A stretch of DNA of 64,000 nucleotides from a virus, in the IMG/VR virus record IMGVR_UViG_3300037963_004147, positions 1 to 64,000 of that record; one strand, written 5' to 3'. The notes under the pieces are model-generated. The model was given only the letters and a program-made list of their open reading frames with translations. It was not told where the DNA came from and searched no databases. Every line of letters starts with the position of its first letter. The first letter of the stretch is position 1. Position numbers and translations under genes: made by a program. Positions 19,253-29,086 of the stretch are shown here, piece after piece.

Positions 19253-19810
19253 ATGGTTAGAACATTTAACAAACCTAATTTAAAAGCTCCAAGATATAGA
19301 GAAAAGAGATTAGGGCTTTTAAATAAGCATACAATTAGAGAGTTTAAAGATAAATACCCTCTCTATGAGAACATTGATAATGACAAGCTAAAGTCTATAA
19401 TAAAGTTGTATAATAAAAATTTATGGAATGCAGTAATTAAGTATAGAGAAGGTGTTGAATTACCAGATTCTTTAGGTTATATTTTTATAGGTACTTGTAA
19501 AGCATCTAATTATAATATAGACTTTAGAAAATCTTCAGAGTATGGTAAAATATTACAGAATAAAAATTGGGAGACTGATGGTAATATAGCTAAAATATTT
19601 TACTCAAACTGTTCAACAAAATATAAATTTAAGAACAGAGAGCTGTGGAAGTTTGAAGCAGTAAGAGATTTTAAAAGATCAGTAGCAACACAATATCCTG
19701 AAGACTGGACTAAATATATTGTTATACAAAATAAGTATCAGATGACCCATCTTTATAAGGGTAACATTGATGAAAAGAGTTTAGAAGATTATAATGAATT
19801 TGAAATATAA
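19253..19810 (+). CDS. IHF/HU-like protein (crAss-like family)
   Basis: Two helices followed by GVELPDSLGYIFI (HU/IHF G.V.L..FG.F-like) and a later WKFEAVRDFKR; IHF-like genes occupy this position in crAss-like phages. Confidence 0.6.
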   Translation: MVRTFNKPNLKAPRYREKRLGLLNKHTIREFKDKYPLYENIDNDKLKSIIKLYNKNLWNAVIKYREGVELPDSLGYIFIGTCKASNYNIDFRKSSEYGKILQNKNWETDGNIAKIFYSNCSTKYKFKNRELWKFEAVRDFKRSVATQYPEDWTKYIVIQNKYQMTHLYKGNIDEKSLEDYNEFEI

Positions 19811-19812
19811 TT

Positions 19813-20484
19813 ATGGCAACAATAGGTGAAGTTATATCAAGAGTAAGAGGTCAGGTAAAGGCAGAAGTACAAGATGCTTTTGTTACTGATAGATACGTAT
19901 ATAGCTTAATAGTGAAATTTGCTCAAGTACTAATGAGAAGGCAAGATTTTGCAAATAAGCTAATGAAATTTAATGCTGTATGGAAAACTTTACCATATAT
20001 TGAATTAATTGAAGTTGATAAAGTAGAGGCACATTGTTCTGGTATTCAAAGCGGATGTACTATTAAAAGAAGTAAAAATAGACTTCCTGAAATGATAGAA
20101 GGTTATTGGGGTCCGTTAATTAGAACAGTTAGCTCATTAGATGGATCTATTGAAGTTCAACCAACGCAACCTGGTACTTATACTTCAATGACTAAAACAA
20201 CATCATTTAAATATAATAAGAAAAAATACTTTTGGTATTTAGATGGATATATTTATTTGCCAAATGTTGATTGGGATGCAATTAAATTAGAAGGTGTATT
20301 TGATGATGAAATAGGATTTTGGTTGTGTGAAAAAGATGAACAGTGTATTCCAAGATATAAACAAGAAGTTTATATACCGGAAGCATTGTTTGCTGAAATA
20401 GAAACACAAGTGGTACAAGCAATGATGCTTACAGTGCAAGTTCCACCAGAAGATGGAGATAATAAAGTAAATGTTAATAGATAA
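19813..20484 (+). CDS. Putative tail ring / tubular protein
   Basis: 223 aa; YFWYLDGYIY..IKLEGVF pattern; adjacent to the IHF-like and muzzle genes. Confidence 0.6.
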   Translation: MATIGEVISRVRGQVKAEVQDAFVTDRYVYSLIVKFAQVLMRRQDFANKLMKFNAVWKTLPYIELIEVDKVEAHCSGIQSGCTIKRSKNRLPEMIEGYWGPLIRTVSSLDGSIEVQPTQPGTYTSMTKTTSFKYNKKKYFWYLDGYIYLPNVDWDAIKLEGVFDDEIGFWLCEKDEQCIPRYKQEVYIPEALFAEIETQVVQAMMLTVQVPPEDGDNKVNVNR

Positions 20485-20487
20485 GAT

Positions 20488-20763
20488 ATGAAAGCAGTTT
20501 ATAACAATAGGGGTGTTAAAGTTCCTGGAATGATAATGAAAGAAGGCGGCTCATTTCCAGATTTATCCGGTGATGGTAAAGTTACCAAGAAAGATATTTT
20601 AATGGGTAGAGGTGTCATTAAGAAAAAGAAAGGTGGATCAACAAAGAAATTAGATCGTTGTGCTAGAATAGCTAAAAGGAAATATAAAGTTTGGCCTTCA
20701 GCTTATGCATCTGGTGCTGCTGTTAAGTGCCGTAAAGGAAAAATTTGGAAAGGACAAAGCTAA
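20488..20763 (+). CDS. Small basic protein (EF-hand-like DLSGDGKVT cassette plus WPSAYASG cassette)
   Basis: 91 aa, Lys-rich. KYKVWPSAYASGAAVKCRK recalls a DUF5872-like viral family (from memory, unverified). Confidence 0.75.
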   Translation: MKAVYNNRGVKVPGMIMKEGGSFPDLSGDGKVTKKDILMGRGVIKKKKGGSTKKLDRCARIAKRKYKVWPSAYASGAAVKCRKGKIWKGQS

Positions 20764-21020
20764 TGGCTAAAGAAAGTTTACATAAATGGTTTAGCAGAAA
20801 TAAAGGTAAAGGTTGGATAGATTGTAAAACCGGCAAGCCTTGTGGTAGACAAAAGGGAGAAAAAAGAAAAGGTTATCCTGCTTGTAGACCAACTAAAGCA
20901 CAATGTACATCTGCAGCTAGAAAGAAGACTAGTTCAAAAAGAATTAGTTGGAAAAAAGAATATGGCGGAGAGCCGGTATATAATAATATGGGAACAAGAG
21001 TTCCTGGAATGTATAAATAA
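20763..21020 (+). CDS. Small basic Cys-containing protein
   Basis: ATG at 20763 overlaps the previous stop (TAATG) and is preferred to the TTG at 20745; LHKWF..WID..GKPCGR..YPACRP motif. Confidence 0.75.
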   Translation: MAKESLHKWFSRNKGKGWIDCKTGKPCGRQKGEKRKGYPACRPTKAQCTSAARKKTSSKRISWKKEYGGEPVYNNMGTRVPGMYK

Positions 21021-21034
21021 TAAAAGTAAAAATC

Positions 21035-21268
21035 ATGCCAGCAAAAAAAATAAAAGCAGCAAAGAAAAAAGGTACAATGCCTAAAAGTGTTACAACCTAT
21101 AAAAAAGGAGGATCAACAACAAAATCTGTAAAAGCCCCAGCAGGCTTTCATTGGATGAAAGATGGATCTGGATTTAAATTAATGAAACATTCAGGTAAAT
21201 TTAAAGCACATCCTGGAGGATCTCTTACTGCAAAATTTAAAATACAAAAAAGACATAAAAAGAAATAA
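21035..21268 (+). CDS. Small basic protein
   Basis: 77 aa, Lys-rich; YKKGGS linker followed by a KAPAGFHWMK...H cassette. Confidence 0.7.
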   Translation: MPAKKIKAAKKKGTMPKSVTTYKKGGSTTKSVKAPAGFHWMKDGSGFKLMKHSGKFKAHPGGSLTAKFKIQKRHKKK

Positions 21269-21269
21269 A

Positions 21270-21584
21270 ATGAATCCAATTTATAATAATGTAGGAGTAA
21301 AAGTTCCCGGTATGTATGACCTTGATAAAATGAAAAAAGGTGGTATGGCTGGTTGTAGTATAAAGAATGGATGTAAAAGTAAAGCTGGAGGTTTAACAGC
21401 TAAAGGGCGTAGAATGATTAACCGTAAAACAGGATCTAAACTTAAAGCACCACAGCCAGGTGGGGGTCCACGTAAAAGATCTTTTTGTGCTAGAAACTTA
21501 GGTCAAATTAAAAAATTTAATATTGATTGTAGAAAAACTCCAAAGAAAAGAGCTTGTCTTGCAAGAAAACGTTGGAAATGTTAA
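21270..21584 (+). CDS. Small basic protein (GGLTAKGR...RKRSFCAR...RWKC)
   Basis: 104 aa; motif recalls a DUF6321-like viral family (from memory, unverified). Confidence 0.75.
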   Translation: MNPIYNNVGVKVPGMYDLDKMKKGGMAGCSIKNGCKSKAGGLTAKGRRMINRKTGSKLKAPQPGGGPRKRSFCARNLGQIKKFNIDCRKTPKKRACLARKRWKC

Positions 21585-21595
21585 AAATTTGAATA

Positions 21596-22480
21596 ATGAG
21601 TATATCACATAAATATAGAACTTTTGACCAATTACTTGAAGATGTATCAGTTGATTTTTCAAACTATGCACTTGAAGGGATGATTGAACCTCAGCAATTA
21701 ATTAAAGTTGCTACAAGAGTTAACTATGATTTAGGATTAAGAATTCATAGAACTAAAGAGATAATTTTAGAAGTAGAGCATGGTAAAGCAAAGTTGCCTT
21801 ATGACTTTGCATATTTAAATTATGCTTTTTTATGTGGTGACTATACTATTGCTGATAGACCACCTTCAGGAACTCATATAGAAACTTTTAATGATGTACC
21901 ATATGTACCAGCTCCAGGAGAGTCTGGACCTTGTGAAGATCCTGAATGTAGAGATGTTTGTGTTATAAAAACTTGTGATGATAAAAATGAGTATCAATTA
22001 ATACAAAGAGTTAATCCATCAAGTTATAGAACTTTTACAGCATTTTTACCATTAAGAATTGCTAATGTAAATGATCAAACATGTGATTGCCCAAACTTAA
22101 GTGTGCAGTCTACAGATATAGCTGAAATTAAAGATGGCTTTATAATGACAAGTTTTACAAAAGGTAAAGTATATATAAGCTATCAAGGTGCAATGGAAGA
22201 TCATAATGGAAATCTTTTGGTTTTAGATCATCCATATTGCAATGAATATTATGAGTATGCTTTAAAACAAAGAATTTTAGAGAATATGGTTTTTGCTGGG
22301 GAAAATGTTTCTAATCAATTAGGTTTAATTGAAGGGCGTTTAAGAGCTTCAAGAAATAATGCTCTTGGATTTATTAATACACCTGATTTTGCAGAGATGC
22401 GGAAAGTTTGGACAATGAATAGACGAGCACAATATCATAATTACTATAATATGTTTAAAAGCTATCCTGTAGCTGGTTAA
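21596..22480 (+). CDS. Putative tail tubular / ring protein
   Basis: 294 aa; EV.HGKAKLP.DF and GKVYISYQG...G.L...D segments; immediately upstream of the muzzle gene. Confidence 0.65.
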   Translation: MSISHKYRTFDQLLEDVSVDFSNYALEGMIEPQQLIKVATRVNYDLGLRIHRTKEIILEVEHGKAKLPYDFAYLNYAFLCGDYTIADRPPSGTHIETFNDVPYVPAPGESGPCEDPECRDVCVIKTCDDKNEYQLIQRVNPSSYRTFTAFLPLRIANVNDQTCDCPNLSVQSTDIAEIKDGFIMTSFTKGKVYISYQGAMEDHNGNLLVLDHPYCNEYYEYALKQRILENMVFAGENVSNQLGLIEGRLRASRNNALGFINTPDFAEMRKVWTMNRRAQYHNYYNMFKSYPVAG

Positions 22481-22489
22481 ATTTGAGCA

Positions 22490-25400
22490 ATGGCAAAACA
22501 AAATAAAAGTACTAAGTATAACCTTCAAGGTTCTTCTATTGAAACTAATAGCTTTGCTAAAGGAATGTCTAAAGACATTTATAAAGGTGTAGTTCCAAAA
22601 ACAATGTGGGGTCATGCACGAAATGCTGCAAATAATTCTGTAGATGGAGATATAGGAATTATTGGAAATGAACCTGCTAATTTAGAATGTGGAAGAGTAC
22701 CTTATACTGTAATTGGTACAATTCATAAACAAGGTGATCACTGGATTATTTATTCTACAGATGATATTAGTTCTGAAATAGGTTTATTTGATGACAGCAA
22801 ATGTGAATATAAAACTTTAGTAAATGATCCCTGTCTATCTTTTAATAGGCAATTTTTAATAACGGGTGCAGCAAAAGAAAATTATGATTGTACTTGGCAA
22901 GTATATTGGGATGATGGTTTAAATCCATCTAGAACTTTAAATTTAGATGATATTCCTTATATACAAGTTGTTACATCACCTCCAAATGATCCTTGTGTTA
23001 TTTATGAAGACACTGATAAATTAGATTGTGAAAAAATAAGATTAGCTCCTTTATTAGATATACCTTGTATTGATTTATCAAAATCAACTGATGGAGGTCA
23101 GTTAAGAAATGGATCTTATCAAGCATATATTGCTTATACTTTAAATGATCAAAAAGTAACTGATTATATTGGAGTATCTCAAATTCAAAGTTTATTTGCA
23201 CATGAGAGTAATGATGGTGGTCTAGATGTTAAAGTTAGCAATTTAGATAAAGAATTTGAAGAATATGAATTAGTTATATTATCAGATAATCAAGGTCAAA
23301 AGGTTGCAAAAAAAATTGGAACATATAGTACTGAGCAAACAGATATTAATATAGATTTTATTGATCCTGCTTTAGTAAGTGTTCCGCTTAATTTATTATT
23401 TCAAAGAAGTCCTGCTTATGAGAAATCTGAATCAATGTATGTGGTTAATGATTATCTTATAAGACAAGGACCTACAGAACAGTTTGATTTTAACTATCAG
23501 CCATTAGCTAATGAAATTAAAACAAGATGGGTTGTGGCAGAATACAATGCTGATTATTATTACAAAGGTGGTAATAAAACACAATTCATGCGTGATGAGC
23601 AATATGCTTTTTTTATAAGATGGATTTATAATACAGGAGAAAGATCTTCCTCTTATCATATTCCTGGTAGAGATCCTGATCCATCTTCACAAAATCAATA
23701 TTCACAAAATATAACACCTAACCCTGGAGATTTAGGACAAAATTCAGGAGTTAATGTAATTTCAAATTCTGGACTTGAATATAACTTTCAAGTTTATAAC
23801 ACAGCTAGTGTAACACAGGCAGGTTTAAATATACCAACTGGTGATGGAGGTACTGTGATTGCTAAAGGTAAAATGGGTTACTGGCAATCAACTGAAAAGT
23901 ATCCTGCAACTAAACCAGAAATATGGGCTGATTTATGTGGTAAACATATTAGACATCATAAAATGCCTACTGAAGAATTACATGAAAGTTTACATCTTTG
24001 TGCAAATGATGGAAGTACTATTAGACTTTTAGGTGTTGAGTTTGATAATATTGCTAGACCTGTTGATAACGATGGTAATGTAATTACTAATATTATAGGT
24101 TATGAAATATTAAGAGGATCAAGAGAAGGGGCTAAATCAATTCTTGCTAAGGGTATTTATAGAAATATGAGAGCTTACAAAGTACCTGAAGGAGATCAAG
24201 GTATGTTAGGTGAAAGTATTAATGAAACTATTTTATATCCAAACTTTCCATATAATTCTTTACATGGAGATGTATACCATTGGTTTGATTCAGCAGCTTT
24301 AGGTATTTCAGGTGATGGTAATATAGGTGGGGCATTAACGCAAGCATTTATTGCAGATCCATTTCCAAGAACAGATGGATGTGATGACTTTATGGATAGT
24401 ATAACAGATTATCCTCCTTTAAGACTTACAAAGAGAGATTTCTTTACATTCCACTCTCCAGAACTAATGTTTAAAAGACCATTTTTAAATGCTTATGAAA
24501 CTAGAATATATGGAGCATATGGTGGAATTAGTGAGGGTCACTTTATAAAATCAGAACTACATCCTCAAAATAAATTATTAAGAAACTCAGGTGCTATTAT
24601 AGGAGGTATCTTAGGTATTGGCTATGCAATAGGTCAAATGCAAGGTAAGAAAGAAAGAAATTATACAAAAGCATCAACTCAAACTATTCCATTTGATCCT
24701 TATTACATTCAAGCTGGTGCTTCTAATGGTAGCAATATGCCTGTTCCTCCTGTCAGTCTTTTTCCAGTATCTCCTGTTTGGGTTGGTACAACAGCTACAA
24801 TGACTGCTAATAACCCTGGTACGACTGCTGCAAATCAAATTATGGATACAGTTGGTGGAGTTGGAGAATTAATTACAGGAGGTGCCCTTTCTAATGCTTT
24901 TATCAATACTTTAGGTAGTATTGAAGCAAATTTAAATTTACAACCTGGTTTCTCAGGAGGTCAAGATAACTATACGTATAAAAAAGAGGATGATGCTGCA
25001 CAACTACCTGCTCCTATGCAATTAGTAATGGGTGCTATCTATGCAAGAGAAAAAATGGCAGATGGTGCACAAATTGTTATAGACTCATTATATAATATGG
25101 TATCTGCAGAAGATTTTGCTTATAAGCATAATTCTCATGGATTTTATTCAGATTATTTTAGAGGTAATGTTGGAGATGTGTTTAGAGTCAGAAATACAGC
25201 TTCAAATTATTTAGGTAGTTCATTTCAAATATTTGGTGAAAATCATTTAGGTAATCCATCTCATAAGATTAATAATTTATTTAGACCTGATACTGTAGCT
25301 ATACAAACTCTTAGTCCATCTCAAGGAGGAGCTTATTTACCTTATCCTTCTTCTATGGGTGCACCTATTGATAAATCTCTATATGTTATAGGTGGTGATG

Positions 25401-28400
25401 GTGATGCATCTACACCAGGTATGATTGGTACAAGTTTTGGAAATGAATATTTAAAAAGTCCTCAAAGAAAACAGTTTAAAGATATTAATGCATTATATGG
25501 AGCATTAAAATTTAATTTTGATAATCAGTATGGTCAACTGGAAGGAATTAAACAAGTTAGAATGGCAGGCTGTACATATTTTATTGATAATACTGCAGCT
25601 GCAATACCGGGACAAATATATAGAACAACACCAATATTTAGCGGAGATACTTATTTAAATAGGTATACAGAAAAGGTTATAATGCCAATCTTTACTGATT
25701 TCTTGTTAGGTCAACCAGATCAGTTCCCATTTAACTATTTACAAAGAGTAAATATACCATATCCTAGATATTGGATGAACACTAGAAAATATGATACTAC
25801 TGCATTAGCAGATGCATTATTTGGTTTATTAAATCCTCAAAATTTAATTGGTGCATTACTTACTGGTGGAGGTACCCTTAGCAGTCTTTGGGAAAATGCA
25901 TTACCTGGTGATTTATTCTATTTAGATAGAGGTGAAGGTAGTTGTGTTCAAGGTGCTCTAAGTATGTTTAGCAATAAAGGAGCAAACCCAATGTTTGCAA
26001 TGAGATATGGTTATATGTATACTCATTGTAATGGTATATTAGATTTTTATGTTGAATCTGAAGTAAACTTAGCAAATAGAGATTGGACAGATGTACCAGA
26101 AGGAAGACACTATGATACTTTTAGATATAATAATACAGATGATTTATTTCAAGCTGAGATTATAAAAAAAGATAATCTTTACAAATATGACTATTCATTA
26201 AGTGCTAGTAGATTTGTTACAAATTTAACTTCGGGTGGAGCTATTCAACCAAGAGATTATGATCCTTTGATAGCAGAAACATGTTTTACTAATTATCCTA
26301 AAAGATTAATTTATTCATTACAAGCACAAGAAGAAGCTAAAAAAGATTACTGGAGAGTTTTCTTAGCAAATAATTATAGAGACTTTAAAGATAAGGTTAA
26401 TGTAATTAAGCCAATTAATAAGAATGGTGCTGTTATATTTTTCCCATATCAATCACCTCAAATGTTTCAAGGTGTAGATACTTTACAAACAGATATGGGT
26501 ACTAAAATAACTATTGGAGATGGTGGATTATTTAATCAAGCTTTCCAAAATTTAGTTAACTCTGATATGGCTAATGAATATGGATCTTGTGAAAGTCAAA
26601 GAGGTATTATTAATACTCCATATGGTTTCTTCTTTATATCACAAGCACAAGGTAAGATCTTCCAACAACAAGGGCAAACTTTAAATCCAATATCTAATCA
26701 AGGTATGAAGTGGTGGTTTAATAAATATTTACCATCTAGTTTAGTTAAACAGTTCCCTGAATTAGAATATCATACATTAGGTGATAATCCTGTTGTAGGT
26801 GTTGGTTGTCAAGTTATATATGATATAAATGATGATATAGTTTATTTCTGTAAAAAAGATTATAAACTAAAAGAAGAACATATTGGAAGTATTGAATTTG
26901 ATGCTGAACAAGGTGTATTTGTAACTGTAGATACACCTCCAGATGTAGCTACACCATCGGATGTAGCTGAAGGTAAACAACCAAATACATCTTCATTAAT
27001 TCAACAATCTGCAATAAAAAATGAGCAAAAATTTGCAACTGGTGATATAATACCTGATCCAGATTTAGATGATCCAATTATTGTTGATGATAACTGGATG
27101 CCTCAACCAATTACTGGAATAGAAATAACAATAGGAGATCCTTTCTACTTTGATGACTGTTCTTGGACTGTAAGTTATGATCCTAAAGTTAAAGCTTGGA
27201 TATCGTTTCATGATTGGCATCCTGAATTATGTATGCCAAGTATTAATCATTTTTTAACTACAAAAACATTACCTACAACTACACCTCAATGTCCACCAGG
27301 ATATTCATTTAATTCTGAAACAGGAATGTGTGAAAATCTATTAGATGTTCAAAATTTAGCAACTGTTACTGTAGATGAATTACCTTCACAAGCTGTTGGT
27401 GGAGGATGTCCTCCTGGTTACACATTTAATCCTGTAACTAACACATGTGAAAATATTACTGTAGTACCTATTATATGTGGAGGTACAATATTTAATGTTG
27501 TAGAAGGATTAGATAATCCTGCGTATGGTCAATATGGTACAAAGTTTTATGAAGATGCAACATTAAGACCAAAACCAATAGAAGCTATAGGTTCTCCACA
27601 ACAACTAAAAGATAATGGTGGAGCTGGTAATATTTTAAATTATTCAACTCTACCTGCCGGAACTACACCATGGGATAGATTGAATCAAGCTGGAGTATGG
27701 ACAACCAATTCTGGTGGTACTCACGATCCTGTTGGTCAATGGATTGGATTTGTTGTATGTATTGAAATTTCAGAAACTAAAACATATTCGGTTGGTATAG
27801 CTGGTGATAATAAAGTTAGATTTGGTGTTGATGGTGATCAGTATGTAGTAATTGATACACCTGATGTTGATAATTTTAGATCATGGCATGTTATACCTTT
27901 TGAGTTAACTGCAGGTACTCATATCATATCATTAGAAGGAAAAAATGATGGTTCAGTTGCTTCATTTGCTGCAGAAGTATATGATGCAGATATTACAACA
28001 TTACAAGCAATAACAACAGAAGCCGCATTATCTGCCGTTACTGTATTTACTACTAAAGATTTACCGGGTAGCGGAGCAACATTTACTTTGGGTGATCCTA
28101 ATGATCCAACAACACCTAGTGGTTGTAATTGTCCTGACGGATTTGTACTCTCTCCTTGTGGAGATGAACTTCAATGTGTTAGTATTGATACTGTTCCTGC
28201 AGAAAGCGGATGTAGTTGTCCAGATGGTTATACTCTAGTATTTCCTGATTATTTAGGTAACTATATTGAATCAGAAGGTGATTGCGATAAAGAACCTATA
28301 TGTAGAAAAGTAGATTGTGAATGTCCTGATCCACCAATACCAGGATTATTTCCAACACTAACTGGAATGTGTGATAATTTATTCCTTGTAAATAGCCCTA

Positions 28401-29086
28401 CATATGTAAATTTAAATCCTTTAACTTGTTCATACTTTCAATTAGAACAAATACCACCAAGCTATATTGTAGGTGGTATATGGAGACATAATTATAGATG
28501 TGATCTTTTTGCTAATTACTATGGTACAGATTATCCATGGGAAATTGAGTTGATTGAGAATTCAGGGCAAAACGTAAATACAGTACGTAGTATTGAGTAT
28601 CAATTAGAATCTTATGTTTATAAAGGAGATATGTTTAATGGTTGTGGAGATGATAGATGGCATGATTTAGATTTTAATTTTGATGAAGCTATTTTACATA
28701 ATACTGAACAAGTATCTGGGTTACTTAAATTAAATCTTACCCCTAAAGAAGATCCAATAACTGGATTAAGCTATCCAATAATTAATCCTAACTCAATTGA
28801 TATTTTATATTCTAAAGTAGAACAGAAGTATAGATTTAATCAGTTCTTTGATATTACAAATGATAGAGGTGAGTTCTCTAATGCTGAACAAGAAATATTT
28901 AATACTGCATGTAATGGATATGTAAGAAACTTAAATGAGTTAAACCTTAATTATAATAAAGCTGTTGATCAACGTAAAAAGTTTAGACATTATTATAATA
29001 GCGTGGTTTTACGAAGAGTATTATCAAATGATAGGAAAATGCTCTTAAAATTAGTAAATTCAAAACTTAATTTGTCATTTAGATAA
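22490..29086 (+). CDS. Tail stabilisation / muzzle protein (crAss-like, P22 gp10-like beta-propeller) with insertions
   Basis: 2198 aa; N-terminal FAKGMSKD..NAAN, VYWDDGLNPSRTLN, FMRDEQYAFFI, FTFHSPE, WTVSYDP..KAWISFHDW. Confidence 0.8.
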   Translation: MAKQNKSTKYNLQGSSIETNSFAKGMSKDIYKGVVPKTMWGHARNAANNSVDGDIGIIGNEPANLECGRVPYTVIGTIHKQGDHWIIYSTDDISSEIGLFDDSKCEYKTLVNDPCLSFNRQFLITGAAKENYDCTWQVYWDDGLNPSRTLNLDDIPYIQVVTSPPNDPCVIYEDTDKLDCEKIRLAPLLDIPCIDLSKSTDGGQLRNGSYQAYIAYTLNDQKVTDYIGVSQIQSLFAHESNDGGLDVKVSNLDKEFEEYELVILSDNQGQKVAKKIGTYSTEQTDINIDFIDPALVSVPLNLLFQRSPAYEKSESMYVVNDYLIRQGPTEQFDFNYQPLANEIKTRWVVAEYNADYYYKGGNKTQFMRDEQYAFFIRWIYNTGERSSSYHIPGRDPDPSSQNQYSQNITPNPGDLGQNSGVNVISNSGLEYNFQVYNTASVTQAGLNIPTGDGGTVIAKGKMGYWQSTEKYPATKPEIWADLCGKHIRHHKMPTEELHESLHLCANDGSTIRLLGVEFDNIARPVDNDGNVITNIIGYEILRGSREGAKSILAKGIYRNMRAYKVPEGDQGMLGESINETILYPNFPYNSLHGDVYHWFDSAALGISGDGNIGGALTQAFIADPFPRTDGCDDFMDSITDYPPLRLTKRDFFTFHSPELMFKRPFLNAYETRIYGAYGGISEGHFIKSELHPQNKLLRNSGAIIGGILGIGYAIGQMQGKKERNYTKASTQTIPFDPYYIQAGASNGSNMPVPPVSLFPVSPVWVGTTATMTANNPGTTAANQIMDTVGGVGELITGGALSNAFINTLGSIEANLNLQPGFSGGQDNYTYKKEDDAAQLPAPMQLVMGAIYAREKMADGAQIVIDSLYNMVSAEDFAYKHNSHGFYSDYFRGNVGDVFRVRNTASNYLGSSFQIFGENHLGNPSHKINNLFRPDTVAIQTLSPSQGGAYLPYPSSMGAPIDKSLYVIGGDGDASTPGMIGTSFGNEYLKSPQRKQFKDINALYGALKFNFDNQYGQLEGIKQVRMAGCTYFIDNTAAAIPGQIYRTTPIFSGDTYLNRYTEKVIMPIFTDFLLGQPDQFPFNYLQRVNIPYPRYWMNTRKYDTTALADALFGLLNPQNLIGALLTGGGTLSSLWENALPGDLFYLDRGEGSCVQGALSMFSNKGANPMFAMRYGYMYTHCNGILDFYVESEVNLANRDWTDVPEGRHYDTFRYNNTDDLFQAEIIKKDNLYKYDYSLSASRFVTNLTSGGAIQPRDYDPLIAETCFTNYPKRLIYSLQAQEEAKKDYWRVFLANNYRDFKDKVNVIKPINKNGAVIFFPYQSPQMFQGVDTLQTDMGTKITIGDGGLFNQAFQNLVNSDMANEYGSCESQRGIINTPYGFFFISQAQGKIFQQQGQTLNPISNQGMKWWFNKYLPSSLVKQFPELEYHTLGDNPVVGVGCQVIYDINDDIVYFCKKDYKLKEEHIGSIEFDAEQGVFVTVDTPPDVATPSDVAEGKQPNTSSLIQQSAIKNEQKFATGDIIPDPDLDDPIIVDDNWMPQPITGIEITIGDPFYFDDCSWTVSYDPKVKAWISFHDWHPELCMPSINHFLTTKTLPTTTPQCPPGYSFNSETGMCENLLDVQNLATVTVDELPSQAVGGGCPPGYTFNPVTNTCENITVVPIICGGTIFNVVEGLDNPAYGQYGTKFYEDATLRPKPIEAIGSPQQLKDNGGAGNILNYSTLPAGTTPWDRLNQAGVWTTNSGGTHDPVGQWIGFVVCIEISETKTYSVGIAGDNKVRFGVDGDQYVVIDTPDVDNFRSWHVIPFELTAGTHIISLEGKNDGSVASFAAEVYDADITTLQAITTEAALSAVTVFTTKDLPGSGATFTLGDPNDPTTPSGCNCPDGFVLSPCGDELQCVSIDTVPAESGCSCPDGYTLVFPDYLGNYIESEGDCDKEPICRKVDCECPDPPIPGLFPTLTGMCDNLFLVNSPTYVNLNPLTCSYFQLEQIPPSYIVGGIWRHNYRCDLFANYYGTDYPWEIELIENSGQNVNTVRSIEYQLESYVYKGDMFNGCGDDRWHDLDFNFDEAILHNTEQVSGLLKLNLTPKEDPITGLSYPIINPNSIDILYSKVEQKYRFNQFFDITNDRGEFSNAEQEIFNTACNGYVRNLNELNLNYNKAVDQRKKFRHYYNSVVLRRVLSNDRKMLLKLVNSKLNLSFR

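Noticed and set aside
20731-20765. Programmed -1 frameshift fusing ORF 20488 and ORF 20763
   Set aside because: The frames overlap but there is no canonical X XXY YYZ slippery site; the TAATG overlap is explained by translational coupling.
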